This document shows, in pieces, positions 1-10,365 of a stretch of 48,506 bases of DNA (positions within the stretch are counted from its first letter, which is position 1; each line of letters starts with the position of its first letter). The DNA is taken from positions 1-48,506 of the forward strand of contig JAHYJO010000012.1 of NCBI GenBank assembly GCA_019429125.1, in the 5' to 3' direction. The translations under genes and the position numbers were made by a program. Source of the DNA: Nanobdellati archaeon. Lineage in GTDB: Archaea > EX4484-52 > GLR71. The notes under the pieces are model-generated. The model was not told the DNA's origin and searched no databases. It saw nothing but the letters and a program-made list of their open reading frames with translations.

Positions 1-117
1 TCAGGAAAAGAAAATTATGAGATAATGGCATCATTGATGGCAACATGGCAACTAAATGATTTGGATTTAAAAGCAGAACTTAAACAGATGCTGATAAAGA
101 ATCTATGTTTTTGCTAA

Positions 118-2433
118 ACAAATACAAAAATTGTAATTGATGGAAAACCTATCCAAATACGAGAAGTGAATAATTTTGATTCTTCAAATAAGGATGAAAT
201 TAATATCTGTTTTACAACAATACAAAAACTTCATTCAGATATGCACAATGAAAAAGAAAACGCAGTTACCTTTGATAGCTTTAAAGATAAGAGAATTATT
301 TTGATAGCTGATGAAACCCATCATGGACAAGTTCAAACTAAACAAAAAACACATACATATAAGCCAAATTGGGAAAATACAATTGAAGAAATTCTGAAAA
401 AAGATAAACTAAGTTTACTTTTAGAATTTACAGCAACAATGGGTTTTGAAACTTATCCGGGTATTAAAGAAAAATACCTAAAAAGATTATTATACAAATA
501 TGATTTACCGAGTTTTCATCAAGCAGGATATTCTAAAGATATTGAATTATTCAGGGTGGATGGAGATAAAAAATATAGGATGCTTACAGCAGTTTTAGTA
601 AATCAATACAGGCAAGATGTTGCATCAAAATATGCAAAAGAGTTTCCAGATTCTCAAGGGTTGAAGAATTTTAAGCCAGTAATCATGTTTAAAGCACAAA
701 GGGAGATTGAAGAATCTAAACAAAATGAATTAGATTTTAGAAAAATTATAGATAATCTTTCAAATAAAGATATTGAAGAAATTAAAAGAAAAAGCAACGA
801 AAAAATTATGAAAAATATTTTTGAATTTTATGATAAAGAAAAAATATCAATATCGGACTTAATTAAAAAGATACAAAGAGGATTTTCTGAAAAAAATTGT
901 TTAAATGTAAATGAAGAAAGTTTAGATAAACAATCAATTTCTCAAAGAAACAAAGAAGAAGTAATCTCTCAAGAAAAGATCCTAAATTCTTTAGAATCGT
1001 CAAATAATAACATAAGGGCGATTTTTGCAGTTCAAAAATTAAATGAGGGCTGGGATGTGTTAAACCTGTTTGATATAGTTAGAGTTTCAGATAAACAGGC
1101 AACAGGTGGAAGCACAAAAGGAAAAATTGCACAATCAACAATCTCAGAAGCTCAATTAATCGGCAGAGGGGCAAGATATTATCCATTTGTTTTAGATGAA
1201 ACCCAAGATAAACACAAAAGAAAGTTTGATGAAGATACCCAAAAGGAATTAAGAATTTTAGAAGAATTATATTTCCATAGCTGGAATGAATCAAGATATG
1301 TCGCAGACTTAAAGAATGCGATAAGAGAAGAATTAGGTATTGATTTAGATGATGTAGAAGAAAAGGAATTAAATCTAAAGGAAGAATTTAAGCAAACTTC
1401 TTTTTACAAAACAGGAATAATTCATCTGAATAAGAAAGTAAAAAAAGACTATTCTAAAATAAAATCTTTTGCAGATATGGATTTCACACAAAAAAATGAA
1501 GTTTATGAGATTTTTTCGGGGAAAGGTAAAGTTTCAGATGCTTTAGAGTTTAAAGATGAAAAGTATGACAACATAAACATCATAAAAACAACAAAAACAA
1601 TTTCATTAAAAGATATTGATAAACACATAATTAAAAATGCTTTATCGAAAATTGACTTTTTTAATTTTGATAATTTAAAGCAAATATTTCCTAATGCTAT
1701 TAATTCTATGAATGACTTAATAGACAAAGAAGAATTTTTATCAGGCATTACTATAGATTTCAAAGGAACAAAAGAAGATTTAGAGAATATTTCAAACCTG
1801 CAAAAATTAGAAGCGGTTTTGAAGTTATTGAACAAAATCAAAGAAAGTTTAGAGAAAACAAGAGTTAATTATGTTGGTTCAGAATTTATAATGCGGGAGA
1901 AAATATCTAAGATATTTAATCCAGATGGAAAGCCTAAAATCTTGAAATTAAATAAGACTGATCCAAGATGTGATGGTATGGAAGATTTTGTTAAAGATAA
2001 GAAGTGGTATGTTTTTAACGCAAATTATGGAACTGATCAGGAAAAGTATTTAGTAAAATATATTGACAAATTCATAAGTTCAAATAATGCTAATGATTTT
2101 GAAGAAATTTACCTAATAAGAAATGAATTGCACTTCAAAATTTATGATTTTGATGACGGACAGGCTTTTGCTCCAGATTTTGTTTTATTTATGAAAACAA
2201 AGAAAGGCAAAAACTTAACTTACCAAATATTTATTGAGCCAAAAGGCGAACATATTGAAGCCGGAGATAAATGGAAACAAGAGTTCTTAGCAAAAATTAA
2301 AGCAAAATATGAAAAACAAGGATTAAATAAATTTGTCGAAACAAAAAATTATAGGATTATTGGATTGCCATTTTATAATCAAAATAGACAGAATGATTTT
2401 GAGCGAGAATTGGTAAATTCAATAGATGATTAG
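118..2433 (+). pseudogene. Type III restriction enzyme Res subunit (SF2 helicase + C-terminal PD-(D/E)xK nuclease), N-terminally truncated
   Basis: Motif II LIADETHH, motif III LEFTAT, motif V KLNEGWDVLNLFDIVR, motif VI EAQLIGRGARY, nuclease FAPDF...IFIEPKG. No Walker A (GxGKT) in the ORF. Res-like sequence (KIVIDGKPIQIREV) continues upstream of the GTG at 166 to an in-frame TAA at 115-117. Confidence 0.75.
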
Positions 2434-2542
2434 ATTTAATTTAAGTTTTCTCGTTCCATTTATAACTACATCTGCCTTATAGTGTGAAATGGTTTACATG
2501 ATTAAGGAACTCTCCTTTAATAAATTAGAAAAATTTGGGAGA

Positions 2543-2659
2543 GCGAAGCGAACCTCTTAACCTTTGTTAGACGAAATTTTTAATTTCGTTGTGGTTTTCG
2601 TTGGTCGGTTAAGAGAAGTTTTTCTGCGAGGCGAAGCCGAGACTATCTGTCCGTAGGAC
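2543..2659. repeat. Cluster of nested inverted repeats and GNA-triloop mini-hairpins (attC-like tract)
   Basis: CTCTTAACC (2554-2562) / GGTTAAGAG (2607-2615) enclose ACGAAATT/AATTTCGT; GTTAGAC (GTTRRRY) at 2566; GCGAAGC at 2543; GGCGAAGCC at 2630; GTCC-GTA-GGAC at 2649. The repeats are certain, the function is not. Confidence 0.6.
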
Positions 2660-2715
2660 TGGGGGGCTTCCGTTTTTTTAACAATCAGCGAGGGACAAAT
2701 TGAATATAACAAGTT

Positions 2716-2741
2716 ATTATACGGAGTTTATTCCGTATAAT
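2716..2741. other. Palindromic candidate tyrosine-recombinase binding/recombination site
   Basis: ATTATACGGA-GTTTAT-TCCGTATAAT: perfect 10-bp arms, 6-bp spacer, 10 bp from the integrase stop codon. Confidence 0.55.
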
Positions 2742-2751
2742 TCTGCTATAG

Positions 2752-3588
2752 TCATACTTTTTTATTGGTTCTATTTGTCTTTAGTTCTAAAAAATCAAGC
2801 GGACTGTTTACGGTTTTTATGAATGCATTTGATATATGTGTGTATATTTCAGTTGTCCTAATGTCATTGTGACCTAAAAGTCTTTGTATAATACGGATAT
2901 CTGTTCCGTTTTCAAGTAAGTGTGTTGCATAGCTGTGGCGTAATGTATGGGGGTGGACTTTCTTTTTTATATTTGTTTTTATTATGGTATTTTTCATAAT
3001 TTTTTGAATTGTGCTTGTTGTTAAATGTCCGCCTCTTGCAGAGTCAAAAACATAAGGGTTTTCGTCTGCGCGAGAGTTTATGTAGGATTTTAAACGAGAT
3101 GAAATGGATTTGGGTATCATAACAACCCTGTCTTTTTTTCCTTTTGCTTGTCGTATCATAAGGATATTTTCATCGAATCTTAAATCTTGCTTTTTAAGCT
3201 TTGTCACTTCAGATACTCTTAATCCGCACCCGTATATTGTTTCAATCAAAAGACGGTGTTTTGTGTTATTAATGTTGTTTAAAATCGTAATTGTCTCTTC
3301 TTTTGTTAAGACTTCAGGTAATCTCTTCGGTCTTTTCATGAAATTGAGATGCAATTGGTGTTTAAGGACATTCAGATAGAAAAACTTGACTGCACTTATC
3401 CTAAGATTTACAGTCAGATGATCCTTCGTGTCTGATAATTTAACAAAATACTTTTGAATATCTTCAGTTGATGACTCGATATTGTTGTGTCTTAAAAATG
3501 TGGATACATGAAACAGATACGCTTTTATGGTCTTTTGGCTCATGCCTTTTGATTTGAGTTCAAGCTTAAGCTTTGATATATTATCCAT
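2752..3588 (-). CDS. Tyrosine recombinase/integrase (XerD/IntI-like, lacking the IntI-specific insertion)
   Basis: YGCGLRVSE (Arg), KGKKDR (Lys), HTLRHSYATH, LLGH, TTEIYTH (Tyr); N-terminal SAM-like domain; only ~20 aa between KDRVVMIP and YVF. Confidence 0.93.
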   Translation of the reverse strand: MDNISKLKLELKSKGMSQKTIKAYLFHVSTFLRHNNIESSTEDIQKYFVKLSDTKDHLTVNLRISAVKFFYLNVLKHQLHLNFMKRPKRLPEVLTKEETITILNNINNTKHRLLIETIYGCGLRVSEVTKLKKQDLRFDENILMIRQAKGKKDRVVMIPKSISSRLKSYINSRADENPYVFDSARGGHLTTSTIQKIMKNTIIKTNIKKKVHPHTLRHSYATHLLENGTDIRIIQRLLGHNDIRTTEIYTHISNAFIKTVNSPLDFLELKTNRTNKKV

Positions 3589-3736
3589 ATTGATAATTTT
3601 ATTTTTCGCATTTATATGAGCTTTGCCAGTACCATGCCGGTAGATTTTTTTATTTTGAACAATTTATCCACACAATAACTTTTATAAATCCTCATATAAC
3701 ATAATTGGTATGCGCAAATAATCTCAAGGTGTTCTT

Positions 3737-6409
3737 ATGATTGAATTCAATCTTACTCAAATTGAAAAGAAATGGCAGAAAGCCTGGAAAGATAATAATC
3801 TGTTCAAAGCAAAGAAAGATACAAATATGAAAAAGTTTTATGCGCTTGAGATGTTCCCATACCCCTCTGGCAAACTACATATGGGTCACGTACGCAATTT
3901 CTCAATTACTGACGCTGTCGCAAGATACAAGAGGATGACAGGATACAATGTCTTGTACCCTATAGGATACGATGCGCTAGGACTCCCTGCTGAAAATGCA
4001 GCAATTAAAAATGATTCAGACCCTAAGAGCTGGACTTTAAAATGCATAGAAATGATGAAAGCGCAACAAGAATCGATGGGGTTCAGCTATGACATGTCAA
4101 CCCTAACACCTACGTGTATGCCTGAGTATTATAGATGGAATCAATGGATATTCCTTAAACTTTTTGAGAAAGGGATAGCTTACAAGAAGGTTGCGCCTAT
4201 TAACTGGTGCCCGGACTGCAAGACGGTACTTGCTAATGAACAGGTTGAAGACGGGAAATGCTGGAGATGCAAGTCAGAGGTCATAAAAAAAGATCTGTCG
4301 CAATGGTTCTTTAAGATTACTGAATATGCAGATGAACTATTAAAGGATTTATCTAAATTAGAAGACTGGCCGGAAAAGGTCAAGACTATGCAAAAAAACT
4401 GGATAGGCAAAAGCGAGGGTACAGAGATTTACTTTAAAGTAAAAGATATGGATCTTGAAATTTCAACTTTTACAACTCGACCTGATACTATTTTTGGAAT
4501 TACTTATCTTGTGTTTGCGCCTGAACACCAAATAGTAAAACAGTTAATAAAGGGTACAAAGGATGAAAAGGAGATAAATAAGTTCATAAAAGAAGTTGCA
4601 AAAAAATCTACAATTGAAAGGACGGCTGAAGGGAAAGAAAAGAATGGAATTTTCACGGGTCAATATTTTATTAATCCAGTAAACGGTGACGAGTGTCCTA
4701 TATACATTGCGGATTACGCTATTATGGATTATGGTACTGGCGCTGTTATGGCTGTGCCTGCACATGATAAACGAGATTTTGCTTTTGCAAAGAAATACAA
4801 GTTGCCAGTTAAAGTTGTGATACAACCAAAAGACAATAAACTTGATGTTAAAACTCTAAAAGATGCATACACTGACTCGGGGGTATTAGTTAATTCTGCA
4901 GAATTTGACGGAACCAACAACGAAGTAGCAAAAGATAAAATTACAAAATGGCTTGAAAAAAATAAATTAGGTAAAAGTACTGTCAATTATAAACTTAGAG
5001 ACTGGTTAATCTCTAGACAGAGATATTGGGGTACACCGATACCTATCATATACTGTGATGACTGTGGTATTGTTCCTGCTGATGAAAATGATTTGCCTAT
5101 AGTTTTGCCAGATGGCGCCAAGTTTGACGGTAAAGGCAATCCACTCGAAAAAATAGAATCATTTATCAACTGCAAATGTCCAATCTGCGGAAAACCTGCA
5201 AAACGAGAGACCGACACTATGGACACGTTTGTTGATTCGTCATGGTATTTCTTAAGGTACACAGATAATAAAAATGATAAGTTGCCGTTTGGAGACAATC
5301 ATAAATATTGGATGCAGGTGGACCAGTATATAGGTGGTGTTGAACATGCTATCCTTCATCTTTTGTATGCAAGATTCTTCACTAAGGCATTAAGAGATAT
5401 TGGTCTTACTGACATTGATGAACCATTCAAGAGGTTGTTTACTCAAGGTATGGTCTTAAAGGATGGGGTTAAGATGTCAAAGTCAATAGGCAATGTGGTT
5501 GATCCGGGTATCATTATTAACAAGTATGGGGCTGATACTGCAAGATTATTCATACTGTTTGCTGCACTTCCTGAAAAAGAGTTGGAATGGAGTGATAAAG
5601 GTGTTGAAGCATCTTACAGATTCCTGAAGAAAGTCTACAAGTTAGTTGATGATAACAAAATAAAAGCTACAAAGATTGATGTTGATACTTTAGATGCTAA
5701 ATCTAAGTATGTATTGAGTCTTATACATAGTACTATCAATTCTGTGACTGAAAATATTGATAATTTTAGGTTTAGTTTTGCAATTGCTGATATTATGGCA
5801 TTGACTGTTGAAGTTCAGAAATTGGCGCTTAAGGCTGATAAGAATTATAAAATAGTTGTTGCGGAAGGTATTGATACTATCATAAAGCTTCTTGCACCGT
5901 TTACACCACATATTGCTGAAGAGATGTGGAGTATGGTTGGTGGTAAAGGATTTGTGTCTGAGTGGCCGGTAGGTAATGAGGATTATATTGACAAGAAAGC
6001 TATTCTTATGGAAACGTTTGTCAAAGATACGGCATCTGACGTTAGGCAGATTGTGCAGTTGATAGGTAAAACACCTGAGTCAATTAACATTTATGTTGCG
6101 CCTGAATGGAAACATAAGATTTATGAACTTGCTAAAGGGAAGCCTAAAAGCCTTATTGCAGAGGTTATGAAGGATACAGAGATGAAAGAGATTGGCGCTG
6201 AAGCTTCTAAGTATGCGCAAAGTCTGATGAAAAGACCTGTATTTTTGGATGTATTGTCTTCTGATGATGAATATCTGGCCCTGGCTTCAGGTCTTGACGT
6301 GTTTATTGATGAGTTTGACTGTGAGATAAATGTTATTAGGGCGGATGAATCTGAGTCTGATAAGTCTAAACGGGCGGAACCTGGTAAACCTGGGATTGAG
6401 GTTTTGTAG
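3737..6409 (+). CDS. leuS: Leucine--tRNA ligase (bacterial-type core, archaeal-type C-terminal domain)
   Basis: [20 protein letters not shown] editing domain, [21 protein letters not shown]; ends in [11 protein letters not shown]. Confidence 0.97.
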   Translation: MIEFNLTQIEKKWQKAWKDNNLFKAKKDTNMKKFYALEMFPYPSGKLHMGHVRNFSITDAVARYKRMTGYNVLYPIGYDALGLPAENAAIKNDSDPKSWTLKCIEMMKAQQESMGFSYDMSTLTPTCMPEYYRWNQWIFLKLFEKGIAYKKVAPINWCPDCKTVLANEQVEDGKCWRCKSEVIKKDLSQWFFKITEYADELLKDLSKLEDWPEKVKTMQKNWIGKSEGTEIYFKVKDMDLEISTFTTRPDTIFGITYLVFAPEHQIVKQLIKGTKDEKEINKFIKEVAKKSTIERTAEGKEKNGIFTGQYFINPVNGDECPIYIADYAIMDYGTGAVMAVPAHDKRDFAFAKKYKLPVKVVIQPKDNKLDVKTLKDAYTDSGVLVNSAEFDGTNNEVAKDKITKWLEKNKLGKSTVNYKLRDWLISRQRYWGTPIPIIYCDDCGIVPADENDLPIVLPDGAKFDGKGNPLEKIESFINCKCPICGKPAKRETDTMDTFVDSSWYFLRYTDNKNDKLPFGDNHKYWMQVDQYIGGVEHAILHLLYARFFTKALRDIGLTDIDEPFKRLFTQGMVLKDGVKMSKSIGNVVDPGIIINKYGADTARLFILFAALPEKELEWSDKGVEASYRFLKKVYKLVDDNKIKATKIDVDTLDAKSKYVLSLIHSTINSVTENIDNFRFSFAIADIMALTVEVQKLALKADKNYKIVVAEGIDTIIKLLAPFTPHIAEEMWSMVGGKGFVSEWPVGNEDYIDKKAILMETFVKDTASDVRQIVQLIGKTPESINIYVAPEWKHKIYELAKGKPKSLIAEVMKDTEMKEIGAEASKYAQSLMKRPVFLDVLSSDDEYLALASGLDVFIDEFDCEINVIRADESESDKSKRAEPGKPGIEVL

Positions 6410-6445
6410 AAATATTTATATAGTTATTGTTATGAATATAACAAT

Positions 6446-7021
6446 ATGGTTATAAAAATAACGACTACTGTTGTATTAGAACCTTTCCTTAATGAACCTT
6501 TTGATAAGTTGCATCTGGCTGATATTTCAAGACAGATTAACCAGCCTCATCCGACTGTTAGGCAACATTTGAATTATCTTGAGCAACAGGGAATATTGAT
6601 TAAGGAAATAAAAGGACGGAATACTCTTTATTGTCTTAATATTATTAATCCTCTTATTTTTCATTATCTTTCTATGTCAGAATGCAATAGGTTGATAACT
6701 TTTTCTGAAAATAATCTGGTCTTTAAAGAAATAGTTTTATTTTTTAATGAGTATACAAATGAAAGTGATTCTGTAATTGTATTTGGTTCTGAGGTTATTG
6801 ATTTTAAAAGGGCTAATGATGTTGATATTCTTATAATAGGTGATATTTCTTATCAAGAGGATATTGATAAACTGGCAGACAGATTAAATAAAAAATTGCA
6901 TGTAGTAAATGTCAAGTCTTTTGATGATGTAAGTTATGCGCTAAAAAAAGAGATATTGGCAAAACATTTGATTATACAGGGTATGGATGGTGTATTGAGA
7001 TGGTTGTTGAAGAAAAGATAA
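6446..7021 (+). CDS. wHTH + minimal nucleotidyltransferase (MNT antitoxin-like)
   Basis: N-terminal HTH (LHLADISRQINQPHPTVRQHLNYLEQQGIL) and VFGS...NDVDILIIG pol-beta NTase motif. Confidence 0.85.
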   Translation: MVIKITTTVVLEPFLNEPFDKLHLADISRQINQPHPTVRQHLNYLEQQGILIKEIKGRNTLYCLNIINPLIFHYLSMSECNRLITFSENNLVFKEIVLFFNEYTNESDSVIVFGSEVIDFKRANDVDILIIGDISYQEDIDKLADRLNKKLHVVNVKSFDDVSYALKKEILAKHLIIQGMDGVLRWLLKKR

Positions 7022-7209
7022 AGTGGTGTGGTGACCAAAAAAGAGGTATTCGTTTTGTTGAACCTAATCGTAATCTTTCAGATGAATATATGGATTATCC
7101 TGATGATACACTTCTTAATTTTATGCTTGAGATAAAATAAGTGCTTATGAAGATGACATATGATGATATTAATGGTATAAGAACAAAGATTAGGGTACTT
7201 ATTGATTGA
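7000..7209 (+). pseudogene. HEPN toxin remnant (internal deletion plus in-frame stop)
   Basis: Overlaps the MNT stop. Reads MVVEEKIKWCGDQKRGIRFVEPNRNLSDEY...FMLEIK*VLMKMTYDDINGIRTKIRVLID*. Both ends resemble archaeal MNT-linked HEPN proteins as I recall them; the middle is absent; TAA at 7138-7140. Confidence 0.6.
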
Positions 7210-7317
7210 TTTTACTATTTTAGTGAAATCTATGTTGTTGAATTATTGAGGTTTTGTGATTGGTTTGTATCAGTGAGTAATAAACACATTTAAATTATTT
7301 GTTATTTTATTTTTATC

Positions 7318-7770
7318 ATGTCTGATATATTAGTGGAACAGTTATCGGTACAATATCAGCCTGTAGGTCTTCATAAGAACGAACAAATATCTATATATCC
7401 TTTTGATGGTGGGCGATATGTTGAAAGAATATATGTTGATATTATTGATAAAATATTTTTTGGTGTCGATAAACCGTTAGTTACTTTTGAGGAGATTACT
7501 GGTATTGCTGAAGCAGTTTTTGATGATGTTCATTTTGCAATGAGGGATCATTCAACGGAAGGTTATCTTGTTTTATTTAAACCTCAAGGTATTGATAAGT
7601 ATTCGTTAAATTATGATGGACATGATATCGTTATTAGAAAACCTTTTGATACTTTAAAAATAACAATCTCTACAGGTAATCGTGGTGCGATTGGTTTAAA
7701 TTATAGGCAAAGAGAAAAATATTTTGATTTTGTAAATAAAGTTTATGATCTTTTTATTGAAAAGGTGTAA
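7318..7770 (+). CDS. Hypothetical protein
   Basis: 150-aa ORF, host-like codon usage, no recognised motif. Confidence 0.65.
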   Translation: MSDILVEQLSVQYQPVGLHKNEQISIYPFDGGRYVERIYVDIIDKIFFGVDKPLVTFEEITGIAEAVFDDVHFAMRDHSTEGYLVLFKPQGIDKYSLNYDGHDIVIRKPFDTLKITISTGNRGAIGLNYRQREKYFDFVNKVYDLFIEKV

Positions 7771-7783
7771 AAACCTTAATACT

Positions 7784-8035
7784 TTACCATTTTTCTAAAT
7801 CTTTTATGATGTCACCCTTTTTCTTTTTCTCAAAATGGAGGTCTTCTAAGGTCTTTAATCTTTTGTCTATGTTTGATATTGTGCGCGATATCTCAACTAG
7901 AGCTATCCAGATTTGGGATATTGCCGGGTTTTCTGAAGCTTTATATGCCTGTTTGTAGGTGACTGTGTCTTTGGTCAGATTCTCTAGGTCATGGCGTGTC
8001 TGCGCATCCAGTTTGTCTCTCCAATCTTTTGGCAT
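7784..8035 (-). CDS. Small helical/coiled-coil hypothetical protein
   Basis: 83-aa ORF with ATG start, fills the gap, amphipathic helices. Confidence 0.7.
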   Translation of the reverse strand: MPKDWRDKLDAQTRHDLENLTKDTVTYKQAYKASENPAISQIWIALVEISRTISNIDKRLKTLEDLHFEKKKKGDIIKDLEKW

Positions 8036-8079
8036 GGATATATCTAGTTGTTTGAACTTTTATTAACTTTTGGTACAAT

Positions 8080-8205
8080 CTATTTAGTCAGAAGTTCCAT
8101 TTCCTCGTCGCAACATATTAAAGTGCCACCACCAACTTGTGTCAGTGTCACTTCATTTCCGCATATGTTGCATCTGTAATTTTCACCAATTTCTTTTGTG
8201 GCCAT
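8080..8205 (-). CDS. Desulforedoxin-like Fe(Cys)4 protein, 41 aa (not in ORF track)
   Basis: MATKEIGENYRCNICGNEVTLTQVGGGTLICCDEEMELLTK: CxxCGN...GGG.L.CC..M signature; AGGTGA RBS just upstream. Confidence 0.9.
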   Translation of the reverse strand: MATKEIGENYRCNICGNEVTLTQVGGGTLICCDEEMELLTK

Positions 8206-8318
8206 AATATCACCTATATTTTATAGTATCTGAAATTATAAAAATCTTATAGATGGACATAACTTTTATAAATGTATTTGAAACAATCATTTGTAACATA
8301 ATAATTTTTGTGATTGCT

Positions 8319-8966
8319 ATGAAAGATGGGGATTTTGTAAATATTGGTTTTGTGGGTAGGATAAAGGAAAGTGGTGAGATATTTGACCTTACTGATGAAG
8401 AACTTGCAAAAAAAAGTAATATATATAATCCTCAGGTAAAGTATGGTCCTGTCACTGTTGTTTTAGGTGCTGGTCAGATTCTTCCTGGACTTGAGGCTGG
8501 CATAAAAAAATTGAGTGTCAAAGATAATTCAGATGTTGAGCTTGAGCCGTCAGTTGCATTCGGTGATCGTGATGCTCGCCTTATTAAGGTTTTTAATCAC
8601 AATCAATTCAAGTCACAGAACATTATTCCTATTCCTGGACATTATATTGATTTTGCAGGAACTAAAGGTCGTGTGGTCAGTGTCGCTAGCGGTCGGGTGC
8701 GTATGGATTTCAATCATCCGCTTGCAGGTAAGACTTTAGTATATACTGTTGGTGTCAATAAGATTGTTGAAGATGCAAGCGAACAGATTGGTGCTATAGT
8801 GTCATATTATACTGCAATTTATGATAATATCAAAATTGATATAAGTGGTAAGTCTGTAAAGATTAGTTTGCCTGCGGGGTCAGATGTTCAGGCAGGAGCT
8901 AAAAGAAAAATAACAGAGGCTATAATTAAATATGTTACATCAATTGAAAATGTTGAATTTGCATAA
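8319..8966 (+). CDS. FKBP-type peptidyl-prolyl isomerase (long archaeal SlyD-like)
   Basis: MKDGDFVNIGFVGRIKESGEIFD, ILPGLE, DFNHPLAGKTL; start moved to the ATG at 8319. Confidence 0.93.
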   Translation: MKDGDFVNIGFVGRIKESGEIFDLTDEELAKKSNIYNPQVKYGPVTVVLGAGQILPGLEAGIKKLSVKDNSDVELEPSVAFGDRDARLIKVFNHNQFKSQNIIPIPGHYIDFAGTKGRVVSVASGRVRMDFNHPLAGKTLVYTVGVNKIVEDASEQIGAIVSYYTAIYDNIKIDISGKSVKISLPAGSDVQAGAKRKITEAIIKYVTSIENVEFA

Positions 8967-9092
8967 GTATTTGCAATGAAATCAGGTGTGGTAAATTTAT
9001 CTATGAAGAGTAGCATAAAAAGATATATTTAAATATTTTATCATATCATTAAAAATTAAGTTTTGATATTTATACGGGGAGTTGTTTGATAT

Positions 9093-10196
9093 ATGGAAGA
9101 TATTATAAAAAATGCGGCTGTTAATCGGTCGAGTCCAAAAAATAAAAAAGCTCATTTGATTGATGACGAATTAAAAAAGATGCTTGATAAACGTCTTGCT
9201 GAGATTAAAGTTGTCGGTGCAGGTGGCGCAGGTAACAATACTCTTTCACGGCTTGCTGAGATTGGTATTGAAGGTGCAGATTTAATTGCAATAAATACTG
9301 ATGCTCAAGATTTACTTTATACGGATGCTGATGAAAAGATTCTGTTAGGTAAGGAATTAACAGAAGGTCTTGGTGCTGGTGCTGATCCATCAAAAGGTGA
9401 AGCTGCAGCTAAAGAGAACCGAGATGAAATAAAAGAGCATCTTGAAAATGCAGACATGATTTTTATAACTTGCGGTCTTGGTGGTGGCACTGGTACTGGT
9501 TCAGCACCTATTGTTGCTGAAATCTCAAAGAAGATTGGCGCATTGACTATTGCTATTGTCACTTTGCCTTTTGCTATGGAAGGTCAGCAGAGACAGGAAA
9601 ATGCAAAGCAGGGTCTTAAGAAACTTGAAGCTGCAGTTGATACTTTGATTGTTATACCTAATGATAAATTATTAGACATTGTTCCTGATGTATCTATTGA
9701 TATAGCTTTTAAAGTTGCTGACGAGATATTAGTAAATGCTGTAAAAGGCATAACTGAGCTTGTCACTAAACCGGGTCTTATAAATCTTGATTTCGCTGAT
9801 ATTAAAGCAGTCATGGGTGAAGGTGGTCTTGCTATGATTGGTATGGGTCAGAGCGATACTGAAAACCGAGCTGAAGAAGCTGCTATGAAAGCATTGTCTA
9901 ACCCTCTGTTAGATGTTGATATAGATGGCGCTGATGGTGCTTTGATTAATGTTGTCGGAGGAAGTGACCTTACGCTTAAGGAGAGTCAGGAAGTTGTAAA
10001 CTCTGTAACTTCAAGGCTGTCACCTGATGCGAAAATCATATGGGGTGCTCAATTGGACAAAGATCTTGGTGATTCTTTAAGAGTCATGCTTATTGTGACT
10101 GGTGTTAAGAGCCCACAAATTTTTGGTACTGAAATGGGTTTCCATAAAGAAGGCAAAAAACAGATTGAAAAAGATTTAGGTATTGAATTTATCTAA
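9093..10196 (+). CDS. ftsZ: Cell division protein FtsZ (FtsZ1-like)
   Basis: VVGAGGAGNN, GLGGGTGTG tubulin signature, INLDFAD T7 loop. Confidence 0.97.
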   Translation: MEDIIKNAAVNRSSPKNKKAHLIDDELKKMLDKRLAEIKVVGAGGAGNNTLSRLAEIGIEGADLIAINTDAQDLLYTDADEKILLGKELTEGLGAGADPSKGEAAAKENRDEIKEHLENADMIFITCGLGGGTGTGSAPIVAEISKKIGALTIAIVTLPFAMEGQQRQENAKQGLKKLEAAVDTLIVIPNDKLLDIVPDVSIDIAFKVADEILVNAVKGITELVTKPGLINLDFADIKAVMGEGGLAMIGMGQSDTENRAEEAAMKALSNPLLDVDIDGADGALINVVGGSDLTLKESQEVVNSVTSRLSPDAKIIWGAQLDKDLGDSLRVMLIVTGVKSPQIFGTEMGFHKEGKKQIEKDLGIEFI

Positions 10197-10365
10197 ACAT
10201 CTCTTTTTTTATTTTTTCCTTTAATCTCTTATTTCTCGCTCAAAACATTGAATTTTATTTTGTATGTTTTATACAGTATTCTTATAATATTTTATATATA
10301 ATTTGTGTTACATTAAAGTACATTAAAGTATTGTTTTTTAAACTTTAGGGAGTATTGAATAACTT

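Noticed and set aside
2752-3588. Canonical integron integrase IntI
   Set aside because: Lacks the IntI-specific insertion between patch II and patch III; only one attC-like element is visible.
3664-3672. Perfect DnaA box TTATCCACA upstream of leuS
   Set aside because: Single copy in an archaeal context with no dnaA here; compatible with chance.
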